Notes: generated by a model from the letters alone, not told the origin. Numbered from the stretch's first letter, positions 46,903 to 56,923 are shown. The stretch is DNA of 64,000 nucleotides from Gemmatimonadaceae bacterium (GCA_013697785.1 JACCWE010000150.1:2474-66473); one strand, 5' to 3'. Made by a program: numbers and translations.

Positions 46903-48996
46903 ATGATCAGTCCTCGTCCGGCGCGCGTGCATCGCGCGCGGCTGCAGCTAGCGTTTCTCCTTTTCGCGGGGGCGTGTGCAACTCCCGCGAAAGCACCATC
47001 TCTCACAGGCGACTGGGACGTTTACCTCGTGCGAGGATCGGTGGCACGCCCCGGCTTCGAGGGGTGGCGGCGAATGGGCTACGCGCACTTCGAGGCACAC
47101 GATTCGAGCGTGGCGGGGTCGGTGAACCGGCGAACCGGAGAACCGATTCTCGCCGTCACTCACCTCGAGGCGAAAGCAGATACCGTGACGTTGAGCGGCA
47201 CGGGTAATCAGGCAATCGCCGCCACGTGGCGCGGCGACACGCTCTCCGGGGTGATGCTGGCCGACGGAAAGCCGGCGGGCCAGCGAATTCGTTTCGTGCG
47301 CAGGAGCACGCCGTTCGTGGCCGAGCAGCCGTTCCTGTTGTGGCCGGGGCCGGTGTCGGATTCGCAGTATGCGGTCACGGAGGACACGCTGGTGTACATG
47401 CGCACTCGCGACGGCGCGAAGCTCGCGAGCTATGTCGCGCGGCCGGTTGGCAAAGGCCCGTTCGGCGTGGTGCTCCAGCGCACGCCGTACACGCGCATCC
47501 TGCATCCTGCCGGACAGTACTGGGCGTCGCGCGGCTACATCTTCATCGCGCAGCACGTGCGCGGTCGCGATGTGTCTGACGGCAACGACTTCGGCGACTA
47601 CGACACCGACGTGCGCGATGGCTACGACGCCGTCGAGTGGGCGGCGAAACTGCCGGGCGCCAACGGGCGAGTCGGACTGATCGGGCACTCGGATGAGGGT
47701 CGATTGGCGTGGTACGCCGCAGTGAGCGCGCCGCCGCATCTCGCCGCTCTCGCGCCATCTGCCGCAACCAGCGATCCGTGGCGCATCGTGCCGTACGAGG
47801 ATATGGTGTTTTCACCGATCAACGTCGCGTGGGTCTGTCTCATGCGCGCGCGCACGCTGCAGAACACGAACGAGCTCGATATCGGCTCCGAGCTCGCGCA
47901 TCTGCCGCTGAGCAGCCTGCCGCAGCGGCTCGGCTGCGGCGACGTGCCGCTCTGGGACCGATGGCTCGCGCATTCAACGCTCGACGCGTATTGGCGCGCA
48001 CACGCGGTGACGACGAACATCGCGAAGGTAAAGGCGCCAGTGCTGCAGATCGCCGGATGGTACGACGACTCGCGCGGGCCGATCGACTACACCAACGCGC
48101 TGCTCGCGGTGCCAGGACATCCGTTCGTGCGCCTCGTGATGGGGCCGGGGGCGCACAAGGGTGTGGACTACGTGGCCGGCGAGTTCGGCCCGGAGTCGCG
48201 CGTCGAGACACGGCGGCTTCAGCTCCGATGGTTCGATCACTTTCTGCTCGGCAAGGACAACGGCGTCGACCGCGAGCCACCATTCGATGACTTCGTATTC
48301 GGCGATGACAGGTGGCGGAAGGAGCCGGCGTGGCCGCTCGCGCGCGCGGTGCCGACAAAGTGGTTTCTGTCGTCGGGCGGCAGGGCGAATACCAGTGCCG
48401 GCGACGGAGTGCTCGATACGCTGGCGCCGACCGGTGCGGCGTCGGACACCTTCACGTACGACCCCGCGCGCCCGACGCAATTTCTCATCGACTCGCGTGA
48501 GCTCGAAACATCACTGAACGAGGATTACACCGAGCTCAATGCCTCAGAGCACGATGCGCTCGTGTTCACATCGAAGCCGCTGACCAAGCCGATCGAGGTG
48601 ACCGGACAGATGTCCGCGACGTTGTGGGCCGCGTCGGATGCGCACGACACGGACTGGATCGTGATGTTGCTCGACGTCTTCCCCGACGGACATGCGCAGC
48701 GCGTGCAGGACGGCATCGTCCGCGCGCGCTTTCGGCAAGGCTACGAGAAGGAGGTGCCGCTCACGCTCGGCAGCGTCGAGAAGTACGACATCGACCTCTG
48801 GTTCACGTCGCGCGTCTTCGAGCCCGGACATCGTCTGCGCGTGAGCGTGTCGTCAGCCCTGTTCCCCAAGTACGATCGCAATCTCAACACCGGCGGCAAC
48901 AACGAGCGCGACAGCACCTTTATCGTCGCGCATCAGCGGTTACTGCACGACGAGGGGCATCCGTCGTACATCCTGCTGCCGGTGGTTCCGCGGTAG
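46903..48996 (+). CDS. CocE/NonD family hydrolase (S15 X-Pro dipeptidyl-peptidase-like), secreted
   Basis: ATG 46903 gives MISPRPARVHRARLQLAFLLFAGAC. GLIGHSDEG nucleophile elbow. The C-terminal beta-sandwich segment LFPKYDRNLNTGG is typical of the family. Confidence 0.85.
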   Translation: MISPRPARVHRARLQLAFLLFAGACATPAKAPSLTGDWDVYLVRGSVARPGFEGWRRMGYAHFEAHDSSVAGSVNRRTGEPILAVTHLEAKADTVTLSGTGNQAIAATWRGDTLSGVMLADGKPAGQRIRFVRRSTPFVAEQPFLLWPGPVSDSQYAVTEDTLVYMRTRDGAKLASYVARPVGKGPFGVVLQRTPYTRILHPAGQYWASRGYIFIAQHVRGRDVSDGNDFGDYDTDVRDGYDAVEWAAKLPGANGRVGLIGHSDEGRLAWYAAVSAPPHLAALAPSAATSDPWRIVPYEDMVFSPINVAWVCLMRARTLQNTNELDIGSELAHLPLSSLPQRLGCGDVPLWDRWLAHSTLDAYWRAHAVTTNIAKVKAPVLQIAGWYDDSRGPIDYTNALLAVPGHPFVRLVMGPGAHKGVDYVAGEFGPESRVETRRLQLRWFDHFLLGKDNGVDREPPFDDFVFGDDRWRKEPAWPLARAVPTKWFLSSGGRANTSAGDGVLDTLAPTGAASDTFTYDPARPTQFLIDSRELETSLNEDYTELNASEHDALVFTSKPLTKPIEVTGQMSATLWAASDAHDTDWIVMLLDVFPDGHAQRVQDGIVRARFRQGYEKEVPLTLGSVEKYDIDLWFTSRVFEPGHRLRVSVSSALFPKYDRNLNTGGNNERDSTFIVAHQRLLHDEGHPSYILLPVVPR

Positions 48997-49100
48997 CGGG
49001 ATCGGGGAGGCGTGCTTCTTGTATTAGCCAACTCGCCGACCCGCACGCTCGCGCTTTGAGGATTACCCGGTCGACGTCAAATCAACGAAGAGGATTAAAA

Positions 49101-49499
49101 ATGAGCGTTTTTGGATCGATAATGTCGAAAGTGTTTGGTCACGAGGCGCCCAAGCCCGCAGCAACACCCGCAGGCCAGACTCAGAATTCAGCGCCGGCCG
49201 CAACGGCAACTGCCGCTCCCACCAAGCCGACGCCGATCTCCCAGGCGGACGCCGAAGCGCTTCTCACCGCGATCGCGGCGAACTATTCGCACCCGGTCAA
49301 CTGGAAGACGTCGATCGTCGATCTGATGGCGATCCTCGGCATCGACAACAGTCTCGCGCAGCGGAAGACACTCGCGAAGGAGCTCGGCTATTCGGGCGAC
49401 ATGAACGACAGCGCGACGATGAATATTTGGCTCCACAAGCAGGTGATGACGAAGCTCGAGGAGAACGGCGGGTACGTACCGGCGGATCTCACGAGCTGA
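49101..49499 (+). CDS. DUF3597 domain protein
   Basis: GAAGAGGA precedes ATG 49101. MSVFGSIMSKVFGH, then an Ala/Pro-rich linker, then NWKTSIVDLMAILGIDNSLAQRKTLAKELGY. Confidence 0.75.
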   Translation: MSVFGSIMSKVFGHEAPKPAATPAGQTQNSAPAATATAAPTKPTPISQADAEALLTAIAANYSHPVNWKTSIVDLMAILGIDNSLAQRKTLAKELGYSGDMNDSATMNIWLHKQVMTKLEENGGYVPADLTS

Positions 49500-49533
49500 T
49501 CCCTGGCTAGAAGTTGCGTTATCTCGAAACGAC

Positions 49534-49573
49534 ATGAGCCAACCACTCGCAAGTGTTTGGCTCATTTGTTTTT
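49534..49573 (+). terminator. Rho-independent terminator
   Basis: ATGAGCCAA (49534-49542) pairs with TTGGCTCAT (49557-49565) around a 14-nt loop, followed by TTGTTTTT (49566-49573). It lies 35 nt after the DUF3597 stop. Confidence 0.7.
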
Positions 49574-49600
49574 ATGTCAGCGTCAGCGACTAACGGCAGG

Positions 49601-50290
49601 TCACCATGCACGCGCGGAATGTCGTGTGTTCGTGCGCACGCGCTCGTAGACCAGGGCGCTCATCATCGCCACGAGCGCACCAACGCTCCATCCTCCAAGC
49701 ACGTCAGTCGCCCAATGGACATCGAGATAGACGCGGCTCGAGCCGATGAGGAGCGTCGGCAGCGTTGCGAGCGGTACCGCCTCCGCAGGGCTCAGCATCT
49801 TCTCGCGCCAAAGCACATAGCCGAGTGCGCCGAAAATGGCTGCGGATGCTGTGGCATGACCGCTTGGAAACGAGTAGGTCAGCTCGTGCAGTCGCGCACC
49901 GCCCGCGGGGCGTGCGCGGGCGTATATCCGCTTCGCGATGAGGAACGCCGCCGAGGCGACGGCCGGCGCCACGACAACGGCGGCGGCGATCGGAAGACCT
50001 TGGCGACGCCAGAGCCATGCGGCGACGACCGCGGTACTCGGAATGATGACCCTGGGCGAACCGGCGTGCGTCGCCAGAAGAAAGACGCTGCGCGCCAGCG
50101 ATGACTGATGGGCGAGCACCCATTCGCGAATCGGCTCGTCGAACGGTGCGGATTCGTGATTGAATACATCTTCGCCGACTTTCGCGCACGCGGCGATCGC
50201 GGCGGCGGAGACGCCCGTCAGGAGCACGACGTGCGACGCGAGACCACGTGGTCGGCGGGTGATTCGGGGTCGCATTGCGCGAGCTGTCAT
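49601..50290 (-). CDS. PAP2 family phosphatase (membrane)
   Basis: ATG 50290. PAP2 motifs KRIYARARP, SFPSGHA and SRVYLDVHWATDV. Confidence 0.8.
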   Translation of the reverse strand: MTARAMRPRITRRPRGLASHVVLLTGVSAAAIAACAKVGEDVFNHESAPFDEPIREWVLAHQSSLARSVFLLATHAGSPRVIIPSTAVVAAWLWRRQGLPIAAAVVVAPAVASAAFLIAKRIYARARPAGGARLHELTYSFPSGHATASAAIFGALGYVLWREKMLSPAEAVPLATLPTLLIGSSRVYLDVHWATDVLGGWSVGALVAMMSALVYERVRTNTRHSARAW

Positions 50291-50446
50291 AATGTGCCCT
50301 ATGTGCGTAGTCGCCTCGAGCGAGAAGGCGAAATGTCGCTCTGATTCAGTCAACATACTCGATCGTGTGGCTGGGCGCGCTTGCCTGCAAATTAACGGAT
50401 GCGGTGAACGATCCAACTATTCAGTGTGATCAACGAAGCGCTTCGT

Positions 50447-51028
50447 ATGAGAAGCTGATCGTGACGGAGTTCGTGACCCTGGACGGCGTGATGCAGGCAC
50501 CGGGTGGCAAGGACGAGGACACAGACGGGGATTCGAGCATGGCGGATGGACATTGCCTTATTGGCACGATGACATCGGCCGGCATTTCGGCGAAATGATG
50601 AAGGGGGTCGACGCATTCCTCCTCGGCCGCCGCACGTACCTCACGCACGCGGCGGCGTTCGAGCCGATGCCGCAGGGCGACTACTTCGGCGACCTGATGA
50701 ATTCGCCGAAAAAATACGTGGTGTCGCGAGCGCTCGAGGCGCCGACGTGGCGCAACACCACGATCATTCGCGAGAACGTAATCGACTCGGTGCGTGCACT
50801 GAAGTCGGAGCCGGGCGGGACCATCATGACGGATGGCAGCAGCCCACTCGTCCACGCGCTTCTCGAGCACGGCCTCGTCGACCAGCTGCATCTGCTTCTG
50901 TACCCATTGAGCGTTGGCAGCGAGAAGAAAGTGATTCCCGAGGGCATAAATGCGGGTTCAGACTGTTGTCGGCGACACCGTATCCGACTGGTGTCGTGGG
51001 CCTTCTCTACGCGCCCGAGCGGAGCTGA
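50447..51028 (+). pseudogene. Dihydrofolate-reductase-like (RibD C-terminal domain) protein, three frameshifts
   Basis: At ATG 50447, atg-aga-agc-tga reads MRKLIVTEFVTLDGVMQAPGG only if one A is restored. A second shift in a G-run near 50528 changes DTDGDSS to the expected DTDGGFEHGGWTLPYWHDDIG. A third shift in a T-run near 50956 restores GFRLLSATPYPTGVVGLLYAPERS and the stop at 51028. Confidence 0.75.
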
Positions 51029-51169
51029 CGCGCGCGCCAGTCATGCTGGCAGACCTCTCCGGCAATCCGCTATGGTTGTGTTCGCGCGACACCATTCCTC
51101 GAGTCTGGCGCGCGCCCACTGAAATTGCCCCGAAAATATTGTACGCGACTCTGACCCCCCATCGGCTCC

Positions 51170-51590
51170 ATGCGGTTACCCGAGATGCTACGCAAAATCA
51201 TTTCGTCCAGCGTCCTCCTGATGGCGGGCGCGCTCACCAGTCAGACGAAAGCTCTCGCCCAGACGCCGGTGGATACGGGGGTCATTCTCATCCATACGTC
51301 GAGGCTGTTCGACAGCGAACATGGATCCATGCTCAACGGGATGGATATCCTGGTGCGGCACGGTGTCATCGATTCGATCGGCGCTTCCATCAAGCCGCCG
51401 CGTGGAGCGCGAGTTATCGACCTCGGCAAGTTTACGGTGCTGCCGGGACTCATCGACGCGCATACGCACCTGCTCTATCTCGAGCAGCCGACGCAGGGCA
51501 CTCCGCTCGATCCCGTGAAGACCCTTGTGATGGACGGCACCGCGGCGCGCGCACTGCATGGTGCGGCCCGCGCGCGAACGTTCCTGGCGC
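51170..51590 (+). pseudogene. Amidohydrolase family protein, N-terminal fragment only
   Basis: Signal peptide plus VIDLGKFTVLPGLIDAHTHLLY (metal-binding HxH). Homology stops after about 140 aa (ARALHGAARARTFL). The rest of the ORF, up to 51679, is antisense to the neighbouring remnant. Confidence 0.7.
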
Positions 51591-51885
51591 CAAGCGCCAG
51601 GATTGCTCCGCTAATCAACTGGAGCGCGCGCCGCTCTCGCACACGCGGCATCGGGTTCCCGATCGAGTTCATGTCGTAGTCCTTGAGTTGCCACCCGACC
51701 ACGACTGACGCAAAGATCTCGATGAGCGAGTCCGAGCCAAAGCCAGCCAGCGCGATCGAGCGCGCTCGCCACGCAGCGAGCACGACGACTGCCGTTCCTA
51801 TGACGGTCCAGCCGAGAGTTGCGAATTCCAGGTGCAATCCGCGTCGTGCGAGTGCAGAGCGTCCCGGTCCGCTATTCAATGGCAT
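51586..51885 (-). pseudogene. Cation-transporter-like membrane protein, N-terminal fragment only
   Basis: LARRGLHLEFATLGWTVIGTAVVVLAAWRARSIALAGFGSDSLIEIFASVVVGWQL resembles the N-terminus of short CDF-like cation transporters. Homology ends near 51590. The breakpoint position is approximate. Confidence 0.55.
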
Positions 51886-52034
51886 ATGGCGTGAGGGACA
51901 GAAGTGACTGGCGCATCAGAAAGGCCCTATGACGAGCATGGCGCATGACGAATCAGTCACTTCGTGATGGGAGCGAGATGTAGACGCAACATGCGCGGCG
52001 CAAGCGGGGCGACCATGACGTATACTTGTGAACG

Positions 52035-52718
52035 ATGAAGATTCTCGTGATCGAGGACGAGCCAAAGTCTGCTGCTTTTCTCCAACTTGGGCTCACCGAG
52101 GCGGGATTCGTCGTCGACACCGCGACGGACGGCGCGCAGGGTCTCGGCGCCGCGCGAGGTACGGAGTACGACCTGATCATCTGTGACGTGATGCTTCCCA
52201 AGCGCGATGGCTTGTCAATCGTTGCCGAGCTACGCCGTCTTGGTCGACAGACCCCGTTACTGCTTGTCACGGCGCGGAACCAGATAGACGACCGTGTTCG
52301 CGGGCTCGACCTCGGCGCCGATGACTATCTTGCCAAACCATTCGCTTTTGCGGAGCTCCTGGCGCGCGTGCGTGCGCTGCTGCGACGCGCGGCGATACGG
52401 GCGGCAGACTCGTACCAAGTTGCGGATCTCTACTGCGATGTGCGGCATCGGCGGGTTGAACGAGCGGGGCGCCGGGTCGATCTGACTCCTCGCGAGTTCG
52501 CGCTCTTACTGCTGTTGCTCGAGCACGCGGCAGAAGTGGTACCACGAGTGCTCATCACGGACCGCGTTTGGGGTATGAACTTCGACAGCGACACAAACGT
52601 GCTGGATGTTCAGGTGCGCCGCCTGCGCTCGAAGTTGGAGATCCACGGCGCTCGTCCCCTCATCCACACCGTGCGTGGGGTGGGTTACGTGCTCGAGGAC
52701 CGCGGACTGGACGCGTAG
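52035..52718 (+). CDS. Heavy-metal response regulator (OmpR family, CusR/CopR/CzcR type)
   Basis: MKILVIEDEPK...DLIICDVMLPKRDG receiver domain plus a winged-helix output (LTPREFALLLLLLEH...VRGVGYVL). Confidence 0.9.
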   Translation: MKILVIEDEPKSAAFLQLGLTEAGFVVDTATDGAQGLGAARGTEYDLIICDVMLPKRDGLSIVAELRRLGRQTPLLLVTARNQIDDRVRGLDLGADDYLAKPFAFAELLARVRALLRRAAIRAADSYQVADLYCDVRHRRVERAGRRVDLTPREFALLLLLLEHAAEVVPRVLITDRVWGMNFDSDTNVLDVQVRRLRSKLEIHGARPLIHTVRGVGYVLEDRGLDA

Positions 52719-54197
52719 ATGATCATTGGGAAAGCGGGGCGCCGCTGGTCGATAGCCGGGCGACTCACAGCATGGTATGCAGCGACCGCATTTGTGCTGG
52801 TTACCGGCGCCGTCGGGCTTCAGTATCGGACCGTGTTGCGAGATTTGGCTGAGGAGGATGACCAGCTTCTACTAGAAACTTCAGCCGCCGTGCAGCAGGA
52901 TGTCGCGGTTCGTCTCACGCGCATTCACACGGAGGTATCCGAAGGCGATGCTACCTCTCACGCACGCGGCTTCGATACCTCAGCGTTGGCCGGTTGGGGG
53001 GTGCTGCCGACGGCCCCAGACGGACCTTCACTCCGGCTCCTCGACGAACAGTGCAAAACGTTGGGTTCGCGCGCGCGAAGCCCCCTTCCGCCTCCAGACT
53101 GCGATGCAAACGTCAACGATAGCCTGGGCTTGCGCTCTTGGTACTCACCGAACGGAGCGGAGTGGCGAATTGCGACGATTCGACTAACGCCGCATGGCGC
53201 CAGACTCGAGGTGTTGCTCGATCGTGCCTCCGACGTCGCGGTGCTGGGTCGGCTCCGACATCAGTTGTATGTCTTACTTCCTCTCGCGCTTCTCATATCC
53301 ATAGCATTAGGTCTGCTCATCGCACAGCGAGGCCTTGCACCAATCGCACTACTCGCGCATCGCGTCGCCCGCGTGGATGCGCGATCGCTCGACCAGGATT
53401 TGCGACTCGACCATGCACCCTCCGAAGTGAGAGCACTTGGCGGCTCTTTTGACGAGATGCTGCGACGGCTGCGTGTCGCGTTCAACGCGCTCTCGGAATA
53501 TTCAGGCGAGATGGCGCACGAACTCCGCACGCCGCTTCACGTGCTTCGGCAGCAAATGGAAGTGGTGCTGAGTCGTCAACGCTCGCCCGAGGAATACCGC
53601 GAGGTACTCGGATCCAATCTGGAAGAAGTGGAGCGTCTCCGGCGAATGATCGACGATATGTTGTTCCTCGCGCGCGCAGAGGATCCGCGATCCGCAGTAT
53701 CTCGCGACACAATCGAACCAGCGGTTGAGCTACGCTCGGTGTGCGATTTTATGGACGCTCTGGCCGAAGCTGGGAACGTCCAGCTCGAATGCGATGCGCC
53801 CTCGAACCTCGTGATGACCGGCGATCGCACGCTGGTGCGTCGCGCCCTGGTCAATCTCGTCGCCAATGCATTGGCTCACACTCCGGAAGGCGGAAGTATT
53901 CGGCTGTCTGCTCGCGAGACGGACGCTGGGGTGGTCCTTGCCGTCCAGGACACAGGCGCGGGAATTCCCACCGGTGAACTCGCCCACATCTTCGATCGCT
54001 ACTTTCGGGTGCACTCGGATCTCGGAACCAATGGTAGCGGCGCAGGTCTAGGGCTCGCCATCGTGCAGGGCATTGCGCATCTGCATGGCGGTTCTGTTCG
54101 CGCCGAGAGCACCGAGGGGCACGGAACGCGGATAGAAATTCTCTTTTCACAGCCGCAACCCGCGTCCTCTGATGAGGAGGAGAAGCGTAGGAGCTGA
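52719..54197 (+). CDS. Heavy-metal sensor histidine kinase (CusS/CzcS type)
   Basis: The start abuts the regulator stop. N-terminus SIAGRLTAWYAATAFVLV. H-box AHELRTPL, G-boxes DTGAGI and GAGLGLAI. Confidence 0.9.
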   Translation: MIIGKAGRRWSIAGRLTAWYAATAFVLVTGAVGLQYRTVLRDLAEEDDQLLLETSAAVQQDVAVRLTRIHTEVSEGDATSHARGFDTSALAGWGVLPTAPDGPSLRLLDEQCKTLGSRARSPLPPPDCDANVNDSLGLRSWYSPNGAEWRIATIRLTPHGARLEVLLDRASDVAVLGRLRHQLYVLLPLALLISIALGLLIAQRGLAPIALLAHRVARVDARSLDQDLRLDHAPSEVRALGGSFDEMLRRLRVAFNALSEYSGEMAHELRTPLHVLRQQMEVVLSRQRSPEEYREVLGSNLEEVERLRRMIDDMLFLARAEDPRSAVSRDTIEPAVELRSVCDFMDALAEAGNVQLECDAPSNLVMTGDRTLVRRALVNLVANALAHTPEGGSIRLSARETDAGVVLAVQDTGAGIPTGELAHIFDRYFRVHSDLGTNGSGAGLGLAIVQGIAHLHGGSVRAESTEGHGTRIEILFSQPQPASSDEEEKRRS

Positions 54198-54274
54198 TAG
54201 CCGGGAGCAACCTGTCAATATTGTAATCCAACGGTCAGGCGCTGCCTCCGGGATGCGTAGTATGCTGAAGCAGT

Positions 54275-55798
54275 ATGGCAAACCCGCGCTGTCCTCATTC
54301 ACGTCACGTAAGCTCGTCCATCACGTGGGGAGGCCTTCGCCCGTCTCGCGCAGTCGTCGCGCGCGCGTCGCTGGTACTCGTTGCGACGCTGACGGCATGC
54401 GCGCGCTTTCAGCGATACACCCCCGCACCACTCGCCGAGCCGAGCGTCGAGCGCTTTCTCCACCGCAACCTCGATGATTCGACGGTCCAGCAATTTCTTT
54501 CCGCACAAAACGCAAGCGATGTCGCTGAAGGTTGGACTCCACAACAGCTCGCGCTCGCCGCTCTCTTCTTTCACCCTGCGCTTCGCGAGCAGGTCGCGGC
54601 TGTCCATCTTGCGCGAGCAGCCGAAGTAACGGCCAACGCGTTGCAGGACGTTACTGCGTCAGCGGAGGTAAGTCGCGCAAATCGAACCGACGAGGGAAAG
54701 TCGACCCCGTGGAGCGTCTCATTGACATCGGGATTGACATTCGAAACGGGCGGGAAGCGCGCGGCCCGCAGGGCTCGCGCCCGCGCACTCACGCTGGCCG
54801 CCACGCTTCGCCTCCAATCCGAGGCGTGGCGGATTGGAGCGGTCACAACAACGCAGGCATCCGTCCACGCGATCGGCGCGGACCGCGAGATGGACGACGC
54901 GGAACGTGAACACACAGCGCTCTCTGCGTTGCTCACATTGGTACGCGCTCGCTACGGTGAGGGGCGGGTTACACTCGCCGATGTTGCGCAGGCCGAATCG
55001 GACGAGCGACTGGCGCTCGTGGCGGCAGTCGAGATACGTCGGATGCGAACCGTGGCGCGCCTCCAGGTCGCGCGTAGTCTATCTGTTCCGCTCCGCGCAG
55101 TCGATTCGCTCGCACTCCGCATCGATGGCTTCCCGCCGTGCGATCCCCGTGCCTCCGTCGACTTCGACTCTCTCGGGGCGCTCGCGCTGCGTACGAGGTA
55201 TGACATGGGAGCAGCGCTTGCCGATTACGCAGTCGCCGAGGGCGATATGCGGGTCGAAATCGCGCGACAGTACCCCGATCTCACGATTGGCCCCGGGATC
55301 GCGTGGGATCAGGGGATTCTACGGTGGATCCTCTCGCTCAGCACTCCTGGCTTCCTGCGTTCGTTGAACAAGGGTCCAATCGCGGAAGCGCGGGCGCGAC
55401 GGGCCGCGCAAGCCGCTCGCGTTGAGACGACGCAGGACAGTATTCTCATTGCCGTGGATTCCGCGGCCGCGGCGTGCCGCGGCGCGTCGCGCGCAGCAGA
55501 AGCGACGAGAGCGCTCGTCGCGGCCGCTGCACAATCGTTGCGCATCGTCCAGGCGTCGTACGCCCGTGGCGAAACCGGTCGGACCGAAGTGGCATTTGCC
55601 CGCGTCGCCATGCTCCGAGCGACGCGCTCCCAACATGCCGCCGAGCAACGCATGGTCGAAGCGAGTGCCGCGTTCGTGTCAGCGCTCGGTGCGTGGCCGG
55701 CAGGCGGGCCTCGCTGGCCAGATCTCATCTCACTCACAACGCTTACAGATACCGCCTCTCCGGTCCCCGATACACACATTGATCGCCCCCGGGAATAG
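54275..55798 (+). CDS. TolC-family outer membrane factor (CzcC/CusC-like)
   Basis: Lipobox-like LVATLTAC. Two coiled-coil/beta repeats typical of OMFs. It precedes the MFP and RND genes. The true start is uncertain and may lie downstream of 54275. Confidence 0.8.
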   Translation: MANPRCPHSRHVSSSITWGGLRPSRAVVARASLVLVATLTACARFQRYTPAPLAEPSVERFLHRNLDDSTVQQFLSAQNASDVAEGWTPQQLALAALFFHPALREQVAAVHLARAAEVTANALQDVTASAEVSRANRTDEGKSTPWSVSLTSGLTFETGGKRAARRARARALTLAATLRLQSEAWRIGAVTTTQASVHAIGADREMDDAEREHTALSALLTLVRARYGEGRVTLADVAQAESDERLALVAAVEIRRMRTVARLQVARSLSVPLRAVDSLALRIDGFPPCDPRASVDFDSLGALALRTRYDMGAALADYAVAEGDMRVEIARQYPDLTIGPGIAWDQGILRWILSLSTPGFLRSLNKGPIAEARARRAAQAARVETTQDSILIAVDSAAAACRGASRAAEATRALVAAAAQSLRIVQASYARGETGRTEVAFARVAMLRATRSQHAAEQRMVEASAAFVSALGAWPAGGPRWPDLISLTTLTDTASPVPDTHIDRPRE

Positions 55799-55801
55799 AA
55801 A

Positions 55802-56866
55802 ATGAATGCACGTCGCCGAGCCATCATCGTTGCGACCATAGCCACACTGCTCGTAATCCTGGTCCTCGGTGGAATCGTCGTTCGGCACAAGCGCTCCGGC
55901 GTTGCCGATGCAGACGATGCCGTTGCTGGCGAACCCACAAGCCGTGTCGTTGCGCTCGGCGATGAAGCCGCCATCGTGCTGGGCTACGAATCGGCATCGC
56001 GAGCGGGTATTGGCGTTGCGCCGATTCGTGCTCTCGGGAACGAGGGCGCGCGATCCGATTCTGGAGCAGCCGATCTCGCGACCGTGCGGCTCTCGGGCGA
56101 ACTCGTCACCGATCCCGCGCGAAACGCGACGATACGAGCGGCCGTGCCCGGCCGTCTCACGAGTACAACGTGGCCTGCGCTCGGCGCACGGATTTCAGCC
56201 GGACAAATCCTTGGCACCGTCTCGGATGCCGCGCCACTCAGGGCTCCGCGTAGCGGCACCGTTGTCCGCGTCGGCGCGCAACCAGCTGAGTTGGTGCAGG
56301 CGGGACAGGAGTTGCTCGCAATCGCCGACTTCGCGACGCCGCTCGCCCGTATTGTGTGGCGCCCGGAGCTCGGGAACGTTCCGCCGAGAACAGTTACTGT
56401 GTCGCCACTGGCAGGGGAGCCTTCGACGACGCAGGCGCGGTTCGTAGGCGGCGCCGCCGAGATAGACAGTCTCACGCGGATGCCCGTCTACCTCTACCGG
56501 CTCGACCACGCGTGGGCCGGCGCGCGCCCGGGGACGCCGGTGACCGCATCGGCGCCAGACACGCGGACCACTGGTGGGTCAGCCGATTCCTCGCACCGCG
56601 CGCGCGCAGAAGTGGTGGTGCCCGACCTCGCGATCGTTCAGTGGGAGGGACTCGCATGGGCATTCGTCGAGCGCCGTCCTCGTAGCTACGTAAGGGTGCG
56701 CGTGATGACCGATCACCCAGTGATGGGTGGCTTCGTGGTGACGACTGCGTCATCCGGACTGGAGCCTGGCAACCTCGTTGTGACGCGCGGTGCGCAACAA
56801 CTGCTGTCCGAAGAGTTCCGGACGCACCTGCAGGCGGGGGACGATGACGATGCCAAGAAACAGTAG
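55802..56866 (+). CDS. RND efflux periplasmic adaptor (MFP), apparently lacking the alpha-hairpin
   Basis: An N-terminal TM anchor. Lipoyl halves IRAAVPGRLTSTTWPALGARISAGQILGTV and LRAPRSGTVVRVGAQPAELVQAGQELLAI are separated by only about 5 residues. Beta-barrel and membrane-proximal-like regions follow. Confidence 0.75.
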   Translation: MNARRRAIIVATIATLLVILVLGGIVVRHKRSGVADADDAVAGEPTSRVVALGDEAAIVLGYESASRAGIGVAPIRALGNEGARSDSGAADLATVRLSGELVTDPARNATIRAAVPGRLTSTTWPALGARISAGQILGTVSDAAPLRAPRSGTVVRVGAQPAELVQAGQELLAIADFATPLARIVWRPELGNVPPRTVTVSPLAGEPSTTQARFVGGAAEIDSLTRMPVYLYRLDHAWAGARPGTPVTASAPDTRTTGGSADSSHRARAEVVVPDLAIVQWEGLAWAFVERRPRSYVRVRVMTDHPVMGGFVVTTASSGLEPGNLVVTRGAQQLLSEEFRTHLQAGDDDDAKKQ

Positions 56867-56923
56867 GAACACTCGTCGTCCTGCACGCGTGCGTGGGCAG
56901 TGCGCAATCCGGAAGCGTTTTCA

